A DNA stretch of 64,000 bases from Styela clava (taxonomy: Eukaryota). A model generated the notes under the pieces. That model searched no databases, was not told the DNA's origin, and was given only the letters and a program-made list of their open reading frames with translations. Location: contig NC_135260.1 of NCBI RefSeq assembly GCF_964204865.1, positions 5,518,001 to 5,582,000 of the forward strand, in the 5' to 3' direction. Each line of letters begins with the position of its first letter. Position 1 is the first letter of the stretch. Made by a program: the position numbers and the translations under genes. Positions 41,536 to 55,640 of this stretch are shown here, piece after piece.

Positions 41536-44500
41536 ATGAAAGAATTACCTGTGATCAAAGAAGTTCTATTCTGGATCTTATTATCCTGTTAGTATTTTTT
41601 ATTCAATATTTTACTCTAAGATCAAGTTTCAACAGAAATGGTTAATTGTGAATATTCCTTGCAATTATTGTACAAAAAAACTTGGGGTTAAGGACAACAC
41701 AGCGTTTAACCTTTAGTTTAGTACCATAAATAATTCAAATTAGAATTCAACTGTGATTTAATTGATTTTATTTCTTAATAGAGTCAGTAGTCACTGGCAT
41801 TATAGTGGCTGGCTGTAGCTTCGCTCTTCTTTTTAATTTCTGAGTGAGTTTTTCGTAATCTTGCTCCGAGCAAATAGAATTATAAAAAATTATTAACAGA
41901 ATGTAAATTAAAAATAAACATCAATGATACTAAAGTGTTTTCAAGCAAACAATCATATTTGTTCACAGGTTGTGGCATTAAATATAGTGAAGCAACTGGA
42001 AAATGTGATTGTAAAAATACACAACTTGGAACAAAGAGCATAAATATCACATATGGACCAACTAATGAACACAACTGCAACTGTGATTGGATAGTACCAA
42101 CAAGTATGGAGACAAATCATGGAACTGCAGTTGTTCTGTTGTTACAAAATGTTTCACTGCCAATGCACTCTCATGGTAGCCCAGAATGCTCTGGAGAGAT
42201 CAGATTCCCAAGTAAGTTTTAACATAATTGCGCTAGCCTGCAACAAGACTCCTGAATTACGTGGAAAAAATTTTTCACTTTAGATACATCCTTACATTAA
42301 TTGTTCCCACAAAGTAATATTTGTTATAATATTTGTTAAAAAGTTTCAACTATCCATCAGCTAGTAAATCTTGTCGCAAGTTGACGGCGACAGGGTTCAT
42401 CTTGCTAAGTATTAGAAATACACCACCGAACAAGCCAGAATAAACTTACCACCGCACCTCTGATTTCCCTGCATAGGTTCGCAGGTTCCCATGCAGGGAT
42501 AGCTATGTGCGAAAGGATTGCTGGACTCCTTACCGCCGTAGGGTAGTTCACGTAATCGCTGGTCAGTTATGGCTTCCTCCATCATCAAGTCCATGCTCCC
42601 GAAAACAAATAACTAACTAATCCCATGCACGACATGGAAGGGTGATCGGACGAGAGGCCGTGGTTCGCCATATGGGTAAGCCGTCTTATTGGCTTTCCTC
42701 TCCCCCAGGATAAATATGTAAATCCTATTCTATCCTAACTCTAGATATGTTCGTGACTTTCTAACCATCTATTGACTATTACAGAGCAATTCTCGAGTTG
42801 AGAATCCCTCATACATTTGAATATACAGTATATACAAATGGTCATTATACACTCATTTCAGGCACTGATTCTCATAAATGTGATTTCACAACCAACTACT
42901 GTCTCACATTTACAACTGCATCAACCATTTGCAACATCAACAAAATCAGAGAGAAAATTCCAGTTGCAAATCACACCTGTGATTCAATCATTCCATGGAA
43001 TAATGCTGGAGGAAGCCCATATAAGATACAATACTATTCCAGAGGCTATGTTGGTTACAAAAAATACTTCACAATACAATATCTTGTATTAGATTGTAGA
43101 TCTTCAACAACTACACCTGAAACAAGTGAATCATATACATTTCAGATAATTACTAAATAAATGTTAATTCCTTATATTGACACACATAAAAAAATGTCTA
43201 TTAAAATAAGACTTAATTTAATAAGAGACAAGAGATAATATTAATGCGGTTGACCTGGCTTTGTTCTGGAATTGGTAAATTTTGTGGAATATGTGAGTAA
43301 GTTAAGGTAAGTTGAACAAATTTTGAGATGTTATTATGAATATAATAGATATTTGTATTCTGCTTGAAATTTTCAAAATGTTTCATGTAAATATTCTGGT
43401 AAAAAAAACATAACAAACTTACTTCTAGCTTATCCAGCTTTTATATTGTGTGGTGAGGTGTTAGAGCCTAAATAAATCATGCTATCCTACACTAAGTTGA
43501 TTGATATCATATCTAAATTTTAAATCCACAGAAATATCTTTGAAGTTGCTGGACTCTAATATAACAAAATTATTAATAATTTATTGACTTGATTTTTATA
43601 AGAAACAAATACATATTCTCTAAAATGTACTCATCATGATTATATTTTGACACTGAAATTTGTAATAAGAAAAAGTACAGATATTGTATGTTCTTCAAAA
43701 ACCTGAAAAAAAAATAAATAAAGGAAAAGTACAAATCCAGCATACTGTGATATCATAAAATAATATAAAACGCATAATTCCTAGAGACAACAACATATAA
43801 TGAGGAGACAGCCAGAGGTAATTCAACAAGAATAAATCCGTCACTATCTACAGATATATATAATGAGACAACCATTAGAGGAAGCGATATCAACAACAAC
43901 AACAAAAGCAACACTGATGGTAAGCTATAGTGAAGACTTTATAAAGTCAAGCATGGTCTCTTAAAATGCAAGAATTAGACTTGGAATAATAGAATTGAGA
44001 CTCTTCAGTTTTAATGTTTTAGAATTCTGTGCTATCTTTCAGCAATGAACAGTGGAACGGTCATGAGATATTGTATTACAAATCTATATTAGTATTTTAT
44101 TTGCAAAAGGAAATTCCATCAGTCAGATTTCTTCAACATCTGCTCCCCAAGAGCAAATTTTGACTCCAACAACGATCATCATCATTGTTGCTTCTGCATT
44201 GGGATTGCTCATTATACTCATATCTGGGATACTGATTAAAAGGTAAAGTGGAATTTTTTGATTGTTTCATGACTCGAAATTTTCATAAATCTTCTAACAG
44301 AATAAAGTCTTGAAGCTTTATTGAGAAGTCTAGTAATTAATGGGATTGAACACATATTTTGACTTTTACACGACAGTACTTAGTGAATGTAAAAAATAGG
44401 TAAAAAGCTATCTTCATGCGAAATTTAGGCCTAAAACAATATTACAGTCAAGATATCATAATTTTGTATATGGTGCTTATGCTTGAAACTTCGAGAAGGC

Positions 44501-45092
44501 TACTATAAAATGGAATTAAAGTCCTCATCTCCAATCTGGGAAAGAAATGCTGTCACTAAGATTTTAATTAGCTATATTTTAAAGTTTTCAGAAGGTTACC
44601 AGCACTTGCCTGAAAGCAATTAAAACCACTCAAAAATAGAAGTGACAGTATTTTTATATGTGAAGTTACAAAATTATTTTTATATGGCGTTTTTCACATC
44701 TTTCACTAAACACAAGGCATCAGCCACTGATATGTGTGAGGTTAATATTATTTGGAAGAACTTGGTTCAGCGTTGCTTGTGCAATTTCGTACATCTTGGA
44801 ATGTTTGTACATTTTTTAAAATTTTGAATACTGATGTGTTTTTTAAAACAGATTCTGCCGAAGTGACAATAATAAGATTTCCAAAACCATTGAGCAAGAA
44901 AATGACAAAGTACTTGAAGAAAGATCTGAGAGAGAAATTGTTGAAAATGCCATCTATGGAAGATCACTCAATGATCAACAAGGACCAGAAACAATCATCA
45001 ATGAAATATACGACACAACTCCAGATACTAATGACGAAACAACAAAGACAGATGATCCATGTTTATATGCAGTCGTTCAGAAGAAGGAATAA
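41536..45092 (+). CDS. Receptor copy R5 with premature stop removing the distal ITIM, ~355 aa
   Basis: Exons 41536-41587, 41969-42211, 42862-43125, 43785-43919, 44110-44242, 44852-45092. TAA at 45090-45092 where paralogues have AAA. Ancestral stop at 45192-45194. Confidence 0.85.
42386..42737 (+). mobile_element. tRNA-derived SINE in R5 intron 2
   Basis: Reverse complement of the 2467-2796 family, ending ...TAAATCCTATTCTATCC. Confidence 0.82.
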
Positions 45093-46049
45093 CCAGAAGT
45101 CAAAAATGTGGTGACTGAGGGTAACAATGACATTGTCACCATTGAAGATGAACCATCAAGCATATATGCAGTGGTGAATAAAGATAAGAAATAATATACT
45201 GTGCTTTATATAAAGAGGAATTTGACTTTTTTAACTTATTTATATAACTTTTGTGGCTATATTCATCGGCTCTTTCATGAGCATGACAGCCTAGTGACTG
45301 GTGTTCAGGCTTATAAAGTTGAATATCTGAGAATAAGTTTGGTTAGGTTGATGAATATCAACCAACTAATTTATTCAAGTACTAATCGCTTTGAAGAATG
45401 CCGATAAAGAGTGATTTTCGTATGAATAACCTTTAAAGAGAGCAATCATAAAAAAATGTTTTGTGAAACAATGATGCTATACGAGAAATTTTGCACTTAG
45501 TCTCATATGGAAGAGCTATACAAAGTAAAGGTTACATTATTAATATTCACAAATTGATGTTTGATTGTTCAATTTAGACTGACTTTTCTTTTTACATATT
45601 ATCATTTCTAATTTTTGATTACTTTGCAGTGGATACTAATAAATGTTGAACGGTGTCATTCACTTGAAATACAAATAAAGTTAAAAAAGTGCACTAGCAG
45701 CATACATGCTCGGTATAAGTTGATATAACAGATTTCCTATAAATGATATATCATTTAAAACTTTCCAATCATCTCCTGTGTGTTGCAATAACCTTTTCAG
45801 GATATACAGGTTGTGACTAAATTTTTCGCCCACATTTAAAGAAAAACTCATGCACAATCATTTGCATATTCTAATAGACTTTTATGACGTATGCAGCATT
45901 TGGCAGAATCATTAAAAGCACAGGTAAGGCTTCAACATTTCATTTTGGTAACCTACTTTGAGAGGTGAAGCTACTTAGATAACAAAGCAACCAATACAGC
46001 TTCGAAGTTGAAATACCACAAAGGAATTTTCAAGTTGTTTAAAACAAAA

Positions 46050-49000
46050 ATGAAATCGGAAATCGGAATCTTATGGTGGATTTTTATTATGTGTGAGTGT
46101 TTCTTTTTAATTTTTCAAAATAACTGAATTTTGTTCTGCGATTATTTTTTTCAATACTCTAACTCAGATTTTAGAGATATTTCAATATTCCATATCAAAT
46201 GATTTGTATAAAAGATAACATTGCACTTTTAAGTGCAGGTCATACAATTTATTTAACTCTGTGTAACTACCATGAATTGAAACTTCTGAAAATGGTATAA
46301 ACACCATAGTCATTTTAAATCAGAAGTAACAATTGGACCTAATTCAAAGATAGAATATGAAACTTAAACCTATGCCTATTAAAGTTGGGTATATATTTTG
46401 AGTATATGTCAAATCAAAGATATATATCCTAGAAATGAATGTCTTGCCCTCTATGTAACTTGGAGGCTTTTGTTAATATTTGTGATATTGAAAGATATAT
46501 TTATTCTAAATTTTCAAAATCTATAATGCATATTTCACAGCTTATAGCATCACTTTGACAAGAGCAACCATATGCACTGATTGTCCCAATGAAATACTTG
46601 GAACAGAAAGCAAGAATATCAAATATGGACCAAGTAATGAATACAACTGCAACTGTGATTGGACAATACCAACAAGTATGGACACAGATCATGAAGCTGC
46701 AGTTGTTCTGTTGTTACAAAATGTTTCACTGCCAATAGATACTAAAACTAGCAGTTCGGCAGAATGTTCGGGAGAAATCAGAGTTCCAAGTAAGTGTTCA
46801 GATGATAATATAAGACTCCGATACATGAAAACAAAGAATAGCTTATGCCAGGGAAGTCACAAACCTAAGACAAGTGCAAACAAAGTATCGATCTTTTCTG
46901 GAAAAAACAGTGGCCACAACCCCATAAATTTAAACCTAGCAAGAGAGCATTGGAGAAATTGAATTTTTTTTGCAGAAGTATATTTTGAACGATAATTGAA
47001 GTTTTACCCAAGGCTGGGGAGCTGGTTCGAAATCATGATGGCTTCGGTTTCAGCTCTGGAGTCGCACCATATTCAAACTTTGGCTTTGGTTTCGCAAATT
47101 GGAAAGCATTATTTTAAAATACTAAGATGAATCGGAAAACCCCATAAGTTTTGTTTCAGAATGCTCACAACAGATTAAAAACGCCTTTTCAGACATTGTA
47201 AATCTCCTAATTTTGTGTGGCTACAGAACATACTATTTACTGGTTGGCTTCAGAAATCATACCATCACTGAGATAAATCTATACGCAATCAATCGTGCTC
47301 GCGATGTACCTTTTCATTAATTCTAACAACAACGACGAAAGCAGATTAGACTTTTGCCCAGAACATGATATGAGATAATGTAAAGTAAATTCATTCCATT
47401 TTTTACCGGATATTCATCAATCTTTTTCTAACAGTGATATTCTGGAAATAATGTGATTAGCAGCATTACAATAGAGTGGAGTCAGTGTTGCAAGAACTCA
47501 GATTTGTAGAATTGCGAATACGAATATATAAAAAATACGAAAAAAGCACAAGATATAATCGAGCAATTTACCACGCATTTTTATACCTGCAGACTGCCAT
47601 GGTATTTTGGAGTAGTAAAGCTTTTCTTTTGTCATAAAAAGACGCAACCGCAAGATACGTGAAACAGAATTAATAGCCTTTTAAATGGATTGGATATTTT
47701 ACGCAACAGAAAAATCACAATATGTTGCATTGGAATTTCCAATTCCAAAACCCCTGTATATGCCCCTGGCCATTATGATTTTTGAGCTAGCCCACAATCA
47801 TGAAAAATTGCGGAAATTAGAACCAAAAATGTGATATAAGCATCTGATTCAAATGTTGATACTAAACTTTTAAACATATAATGATATAGAATAGCTTTTG
47901 AATTATTATTGAGAACTAAAGTTTATATAATGAATCATAAGCTGAAAAGGATAGATTTTATCATTTATAATGGGTAAATTAGGAATTGTGACTATCCTAA
48001 TGCTTATTGACTGAGAAGGGTAAATCCGATGTATTCAGCATTAACAATATACTATATTCAGGCACTGATGCATATAAATGTGATTTCACAAGCAACTACT
48101 GCCTTACATTTGCAACTGCATCAACTATTTGCAACATCACGAAAATCAGAGAGAAAATTCCAGTTGCAAATTACACCTGTGATTCAATCATTCCATGGAA
48201 TAATGCTGGGGGAAGCCCATACAAGATAGAATACTATGCAAAAAACAGTGCTGGTTACACAAAATACTTCACAATACAATATCTTGTGATAGATTGTAGA
48301 CTTCCAACTACAACTCAAGAAGCAGGTGAGAAAACCATGGGATAATTTAAATTTAATTGATCTACGAAAAGCTGGCAATTTTTTCTTATGAATCAAGGTC
48401 CAGGGTCCCCAACTAAAAATTAAAAGAGTACTGATAGAAGGGTGGGAACTGGGAAGCAACCAATGACACAATACCAGCAATAATATTTTATCCCGAAAAA
48501 CTGTTAACAGATACCACTTAATTCCATAAGCTCAGGATCATTTTGGAATAAAAGTTGAAAATTTTAATATACCAATCAAAATATATTTTATAAATTTGAC
48601 TATAAATACAGCTTGGTAGAGATAATAAATTAAATTCTATTTCTACACTTTCCTAAATTTGTAATTGACAAATGCATTCAACGATTCCAGTCATTTATTC
48701 ATTTCAAACTCTAAAATATTACACGAAAAAATTCCCAGAGACGACAACATATGAAAACACAACAGTGATAACCCAATCATTATCCACAGAAATAATCCGA
48801 AGTTCAGCGCATGATATCACAGAGAATCATGCCCACTCCGAAGACGACTTTACAGGTATGAGGACCAGCATTATAGTGATACAACTTGTACACATATACA
48901 AATATTCACAGCAATTAACCAAACTAAAATTATAAAGTGACATGGGGAGAAAGCACTTCAATAAGAATAGTACAAAGCTGCAGTATAGTGCAGTATATAA

Positions 49001-50499
49001 ACTTCTTTCCACTTCTCTCATTTATGAAAAACTTTTTTATATACTCGTGCACAGATTGCACTCGATTGAATAAAAAATTGTGCCAAATTCAAGAGTGCGC
49101 CCCATTGAATCCACATTGAAAGATTATTACTAGTTTGTATGATGAAATTGCCCCAAACAAAGGGACTTTTTTGTTCTCTGGCAAACCATAACCATAACCT
49201 AAATCCATGAATATCTGAAGCAGCGGTCCCAAACCGGCAGCCCAGGGAGCCACAATGCTAGACGCAAAACTGATTTTACCTTTCACTTCCCATTCTTTCT
49301 AGTTTCATTGCTTAATGGGGTTTTTTCATTGTGTGTTTTAACATTTGTTTGAACATGATAGAATTTGTAATCTAATAATCAAAATAACACTCCAAATACC
49401 ACTGGAATGATAATCAGGAAGGCCATGAGTCATGAAAAGTAGGAGGTCAGAGATCGAAACTTTTCATAGATTGGGACCTATGGTAAGGTATGACCTATGA
49501 GTGGCCAAAAAACTCACTATAATATAATTACATACTTGCAATGCGCATCCTATTCAAAATTACTTTTTAAGCCATTTGTAATTCATGACAATTTTAACAC
49601 AGGGGTTTCAACCAATCCTGCAGAAGCAACAAGTGTTCGTCAAGTTCAAGTCATGAATACAACAACAATCATAATCATAGCTGCCTCAGTCTTAGGATTA
49701 GCCATTGTAGTGGTATCTGCTCTAATACTGAGAAGGTAAAGTGATAGAACTTATATATATTTATAATAAGGTGGATTGAAATCAAACTTAAAATGATACA
49801 AATGATAGCACTGAAAAAATTTCAATTTTCGTATGGTTTGAAATATAAAAAAATTATAAAATTTCATTTGAGTGGAAATAAGATTTTTGCACACAAACAG
49901 GGGACAATTTCACTTGAGTCACTTTAGTAGGAACACTAAGATTTTACAACTTCAAAAATTTAGGCCCTTTGCCTTAAACAGGAAAAGTTTAAATAAACTG
50001 ACTATTCATTAGCAGATGAAATATGTTGAACAAATGCAAATTCTCAATCAAATATTACAATGTGACAAACCATTGAAATTATATTCAAATATTTGATGGC
50101 TATATTTTCCCTCAAGAAATGTATTTAAATATACCATTCAATTTGTATCATCTCAGACGCTGCCGAAGGGACAATAATGATATTTCTAGCACTAACGAGG
50201 AAGGAGGTCAGGATAAAGCTGATGGTAGCTCTGAGAGAGAAATTGTTGACAACGCCATCTATGGAACATCACTTAATAATCAACAAGGATCAGAAACAAT
50301 CATCAACGAAATATACGACCCAACTCTGGATGCGGATGGCGAAAAAACAAATACAGATGAGATATGTTTATATGCAGTCGTTCAAAAGAAAGAAAAAACA
50401 GAAGACAAGAATGTGGTGACTGAGGGTAACGATGACATTGCCACCGTTGAAGATGAACCATCCAGCATATATGCAGTGGTGAACAAAGATAAGAAATAA
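46050..50499 (+). CDS. Receptor copy R6, ITIM-bearing, ~382 aa
   Basis: Exons 46050-46092 (MKSEIGILWWIFIM), 46541-46789, 48062-48325, 48739-48855, 49603-49735, 50157-50499. GT-AG, 1149 nt open. Confidence 0.87.
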
Positions 50500-51643
50500 T
50501 AAACTATATTTTATATAATGACTAATCAAACTTTATCAACTATACTTTCTAGTCAATATTCAAAACTTTTTACCGGTAGTTTGCTTTCTCAAGACCATGA
50601 CAGCCAGTTATTGGCGTTCAGGCTAGGATGGTTGTGAATCTTGAGTTTTAGTTTGGCTAGTATGAAAATGTCAATGCATGACCAAGTTGCTCTAGGCGTC
50701 TCAAGAATAGGAGTACTTAGCTGATAATCATTTTGACTAAAATATTAAAAGAATTGTTTTATGTAGACAAGCAAGTAGAAATGAGACGCAGTCAGTCATA
50801 CTAAGATAAACACTAATAGCTGGAAAAGAATGTACATACTATGTGAAAAAGGGTACTCCAGTGTGTATGGATCAACTAATTTTCTTCGTCAAGTTTTTTG
50901 AAGGGACTGAAACCTATGGACAGGGAATATACAGTCCTGAAATAATGATTAAACCAAAATAAGGAAAATCAAAATAAAATTATGGTCTAACCCTAACACA
51001 CACTACTGGAGTACCTGAAAAAGTATGCTCTGCCTCATATGAACTAGCAAAGTAAAATGTTCCGTTAGTTATATTGATGTTTAATTGCCATTTTTGTTAA
51101 ATAATTGTTAGTTCGTTTTATATATTATTACTTCTCATTTATTGATTATGTTACAGTGAATACTAATAAATAATTGCACCAAACTGATCCAGATAATTAT
51201 TAAAAAATAAATCAAGTTGAGAAGGTCATGAGTGACAAATATAGAAACAGACACACCTAATATAACTTTAGATTTTCTATAGATAATATATCAATTTAAA
51301 TTCTTGAGAAACTCCTAAGCATCTCATGTGTGTTGTATTAACATCTTCAGGATACACAAGTCGTGACTAAATTTTTCGCCCACGTTTATGGAATGTACGC
51401 TTTCACAATTTGTCGCATATTGATATTAAACGGTTACGACATAAACAGCTTCTGCCAAAAAGATTAAAAGCAAACAAGCCGGGCAGAAATAATTCATATG
51501 GTTTCTACATGGGAGTGAGAGCATACAGGTGGAGGTACTTAGGTGATATAGATACATACAGGTGGTGATAACAAAGCAAGTCAAAGTCTGAAAAAAGCCA
51601 GAACAATTAGGAAGAAGATTTACAAAAACTTTTTATACAAAGA

Positions 51644-54600
51644 ATGAAATTAAAAACATGTTCTATGGATAAAAATGGAATCCTGTGGTGGATTTCAATT
51701 ATATGTAAGTATTTTTTCAACTTCTAAAATATCTGAATATTTTTTGTGTGAGTTTTTTTTTTAGAATCCTTCATATCAAGTTTTTACAAGGCTCGATTGC
51801 ATAGCAATTTTGGTTCTGTTAACATCATTTGAGAAAAATGAAGAAGAAAAAAATGATTACTAGAAACACCATAGTTGAAAAATTTATTTAACTTAAGCAA
51901 TAACAATTGCAACGATTACCCTATTTAGTGAAAAAAAAAAATACCCAATTTATATGCATATTTAACGATGATAAAATACATAACAAGATTGAAAATTGTG
52001 CATTGAATGATTTCATCCATATGATAATGCAATTTTAACAGCACTCAGCATCAGCCTGAATGAAGCAGGACGATGCACTGATTGTACAAATACAATACTC
52101 GGAACAAAGAGCGAAAATATCACATTTTATGGACCAACTAATGACTTCAACTGTGAATGTGAATGGACAATACCAACAAGTATGAAGACAGATCATAAAA
52201 CTGCAATTGTTTTGATGTTACAAAATGTTTCATTGCCATTGACAACGAGTAGCAGTACAGACTGCTCTGCAAGTATCAGATTCCCAGGTATTACACTATC
52301 AACAGTTTTTACTCAATCTTCTACTATGAATAAAAAAAACTTTATAACACTTGAATCAGGGGCGGCCACTTTTCATAATTGGGGGGGGGGTTAATCCAGA
52401 ACCTAGGCCTCTTTGCTTGGACATGGAACTCATGTGTCACAAAACCGATCCCTTGAATTCCGCAAGAATTGGACCACCACCCTGCTAACAGACAGAAACA
52501 ATAAATTTGAGTCATATTTGAGTATTGTTTCAACTTTTAGTTTTGCATAAAGCGCACCACCACCAAAATTTTACCAAGGAAATATCATTTAACCAGTAGA
52601 ATTGCCATCATTGCCAATTTATTTAATCATAATAAAGCAACATGCAGGATTCTCGCAATGACAACTTTACAGGGTTTTTATTTATTATTTAATACGAAAA
52701 TATTCGGTGTCAGAAATAATATTGTTAATTTAAAATTGGGACCTTTAATTTATCAACGGTGACGATGAAGAACACAGACGGCCCCAAACGATAAAAATCG
52801 GAATAAAACCCTCAAGCTGTCTGTCTTTAACATATGTTGCCGATATGATTGCCTAGTTCTCCCGGGAATATAAAAACAAACCTTGCGTGAGAATTGAACC
52901 TTGTGAAAAAAAGACGAGCAGAAATGTAGCTCACGAACATTAAAATGTCTAGCGTTCGGGATGCCTGTTGTATATATATTAAAAATACCTGATATTCCAA
53001 AATTCGTTAAAAATATTAGAATTATTCGATTCTATAAAATTATTTCATTTTGACCACCCTTGCAATCTGTAATCACGCAACCTGGAGAAACACGTGGTAG
53101 TCCAAACACTGATGCAATGAAACTTAGTAAAACCTTCATTAAATTTAGTAATTTGCACTACTCCACGAAAGCGTGGTGGAACTGACAATTATTTCCTATC
53201 TCGAACACAAAACGGTTATCTTTTTAGGATAGTCTCAGGGGTTTGAAAAGTCGAATAAGTGTTTTAACATAGTAAATTGTATGATCTTTGCCATAAAATT
53301 ATGCTCGAGCCTTGCACGAAATTCATAATGTGAAAAGATATGATCAGCGGTGAAAATTGTTTATAACAACTTTAAACCTATTTAGGGCAAAACCGAAGCA
53401 CAATAATGTGAGGTGGTCCGAATGTGATATCGAGTACGTTATTCTAAGAATACAGTTATATTATTGCTAACTATTAACTATTTGTTCGCGCTCGACTGTC
53501 GCATTTTTCGGAAATGATAATTTTAATTTTGTAAGGCGGAAACAACATGTGTTTAAATATAGACGAACTTTTTATTTTGAATAAAAAACAGCATGCGAAA
53601 CATGGAAGATGTAAAAGCAAACAAAAACATCTTCTACAAATTTCCCATTTCCATGACTTTAATAATTATTTGTCAAAAAATTTCGCAGCAATAAAAACAA
53701 AAATATATTTTAAAACATTTTTGCAAAACTATGAGATTACTATTAACATATACCAGTACTCAAAACAAGAATATGCCAATTTCTGGTACTGCTGATTTTA
53801 CCTGTAATCACAACAAAATATTAAAGAGATCATCTTTTGTAGGCGCTGATGGGGCAGAATGTGAATTTCCAATAAACTACTGTCTTACATTTGCAACTGC
53901 ATCAACTATATGCAACATCAACAAAATCAGAGAAAAAATTTCAGTTGCAAATCACACCTGTGATTCAATCATGCCATGGAATAAAGCTGGAGGAAGCCCA
54001 TACAAGATACAATACTTTGCAGGAAACTATGCTGATCACACAAAATACTTCACAATACAATATCTTGTAATCGATTGTAGACCTCAAACAACTACACCAG
54101 AAGAAGGTGAGAAAAAGCAATTAAAGATTATATTAAAAAATTAAATGTTCTGAATGAAAATATATTTTTGTTAACCAATACTATTCGTACATCTGCCACA
54201 ATCAGTGGTAATGTTTAAAATTATATCCAAGTAATGATCACTATCCCAATCAAAACATATTTGTGGAATTGACAAAAAAGTATGGTACATATTTGGGGGG
54301 AGATAATCAATAAAATTGCCTCAATCAATAAAAGATCATGACCAATAATATTTTAATATAAGCATATTTTCTTTTAAATACCTTTGGTTTCCTAAAACTT
54401 CAAATAAGACATACCAGTATGAATATTCTGTACAAATATTTCCATATTTTGGTTCAACCTCTAAAATATTACAAAACGAAACTTCTTAGAGACGACAGCA
54501 TATACAGAAATCATATCTGACAATAACACAACAATGATAAAACAATCAATATCTACAGAGATAACCGGAAGTACAACCCAGATTGTCTCCAAGAATCCTG

Positions 54601-55243
54601 CCGCTACTGGAGAGAACATTACAGGTATATAGGTGTGATCAATTTGCTTTCTCACAAATTTCCATTGAATGCAGCAAACCATAACTTGAATAATTAACTA
54701 TTAGGAGTTATTTTCATGGGACGCATATGCATTCCTCCAAATAAGTCCTTTTATAAACACTCACTGATATCCATCATCCAATATTACGTAAGGATATACT
54801 ATTAATATGGAAGGAGCGAAATCTTTCCGATTCAGCATTACTAACCCGATTTATTACACCCTGGGTGAGATGGGGGGGGGGGGGGGGGGGGCAAGGATTT
54901 GAATCCTCGATGTAACATCTGCAATACCAACACAATTAAGTCTAACACTTTTACCTGTGGGCCATCATGCCACTATTTTTGAAACATCGGGGGGACTACA
55001 CATAGGTCAACTGAAACTACCCACGAAGAAAATTATATACTCGATATAACAGGTATAACATGTTACCCTTGTTAAGCCTTCTGTAATTTATCTAATATTT
55101 ACACAGTAGTTGCAACCAGACCTATAGAAGCAACAAGTGTTCCTCAAGTCCAAGCCATAAATTCCACAGCAGTCATCATAATAGCTGCCTCCGTGGCAGG
55201 ATTGATCACTATAGTGATATCTGTTCTACTTATAAGAAGGTAA
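51644..55243 (+). CDS. Receptor copy R7 lacking the cytoplasmic-tail exon (~280 aa if read through to the intronic stop)
   Basis: Exons 51644-51704, 52042-52287, 53843-54106, 54490-54624, 55107-55239. No exon 6: the R8 promoter motif starts at ~55465. Read-through gives AGA AGG TAA (55241-55243). Confidence 0.78.
54872..54891 (+). repeat. Poly-G run (20 nt) inside a degenerate interspersed repeat
   Basis: Seen directly. Flanks resemble 545-615 (TTTATTACA.CCTGGGTGAG...). Confidence 0.7.
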
Positions 55244-55640
55244 AGGGATAAACTTATATACTGGTATATAATAAGACAAGTTAAAATTTAGTCTAATAAT
55301 AATGAGATCTATGTTACTATAAAAATTCCAATTTTTGTGGTCTATCCATAATATACAAAAGTTATGAATTTTCAATAGAGTGGAAAAATATGTTTGTACA
55401 CAAATTAGAGATATTGCCATATGTATTAGGTTAGATGAATTTAAAGTTGTGTATGACTATATTTCGCCCACTATTTCAAATAACATGATATCGACTACAA
55501 AAACAAATGTGTCGGAAAGTAGCATTTCAGTCTTTGATTCTGCAAGAGATTGATAGCACAAGAACAAACCTACAGTAGTTCACCTGGCAAATTAGAATTA
55601 GAATTCATTGCTATATGGAAGAAATTTTTTATGAGGGACA

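Noticed and set aside
25441-50419. Lys/Gln-rich ORFs overlapping the tail exons (25441, 35339, 44752, 50177) and ORFs overlapping exon 3 (33134, 37948, 42817, 48029, 59397)
   Set aside because: They are alternative frames of real exons. Splice phase supports only the Cys- and Tyr-motif frames.
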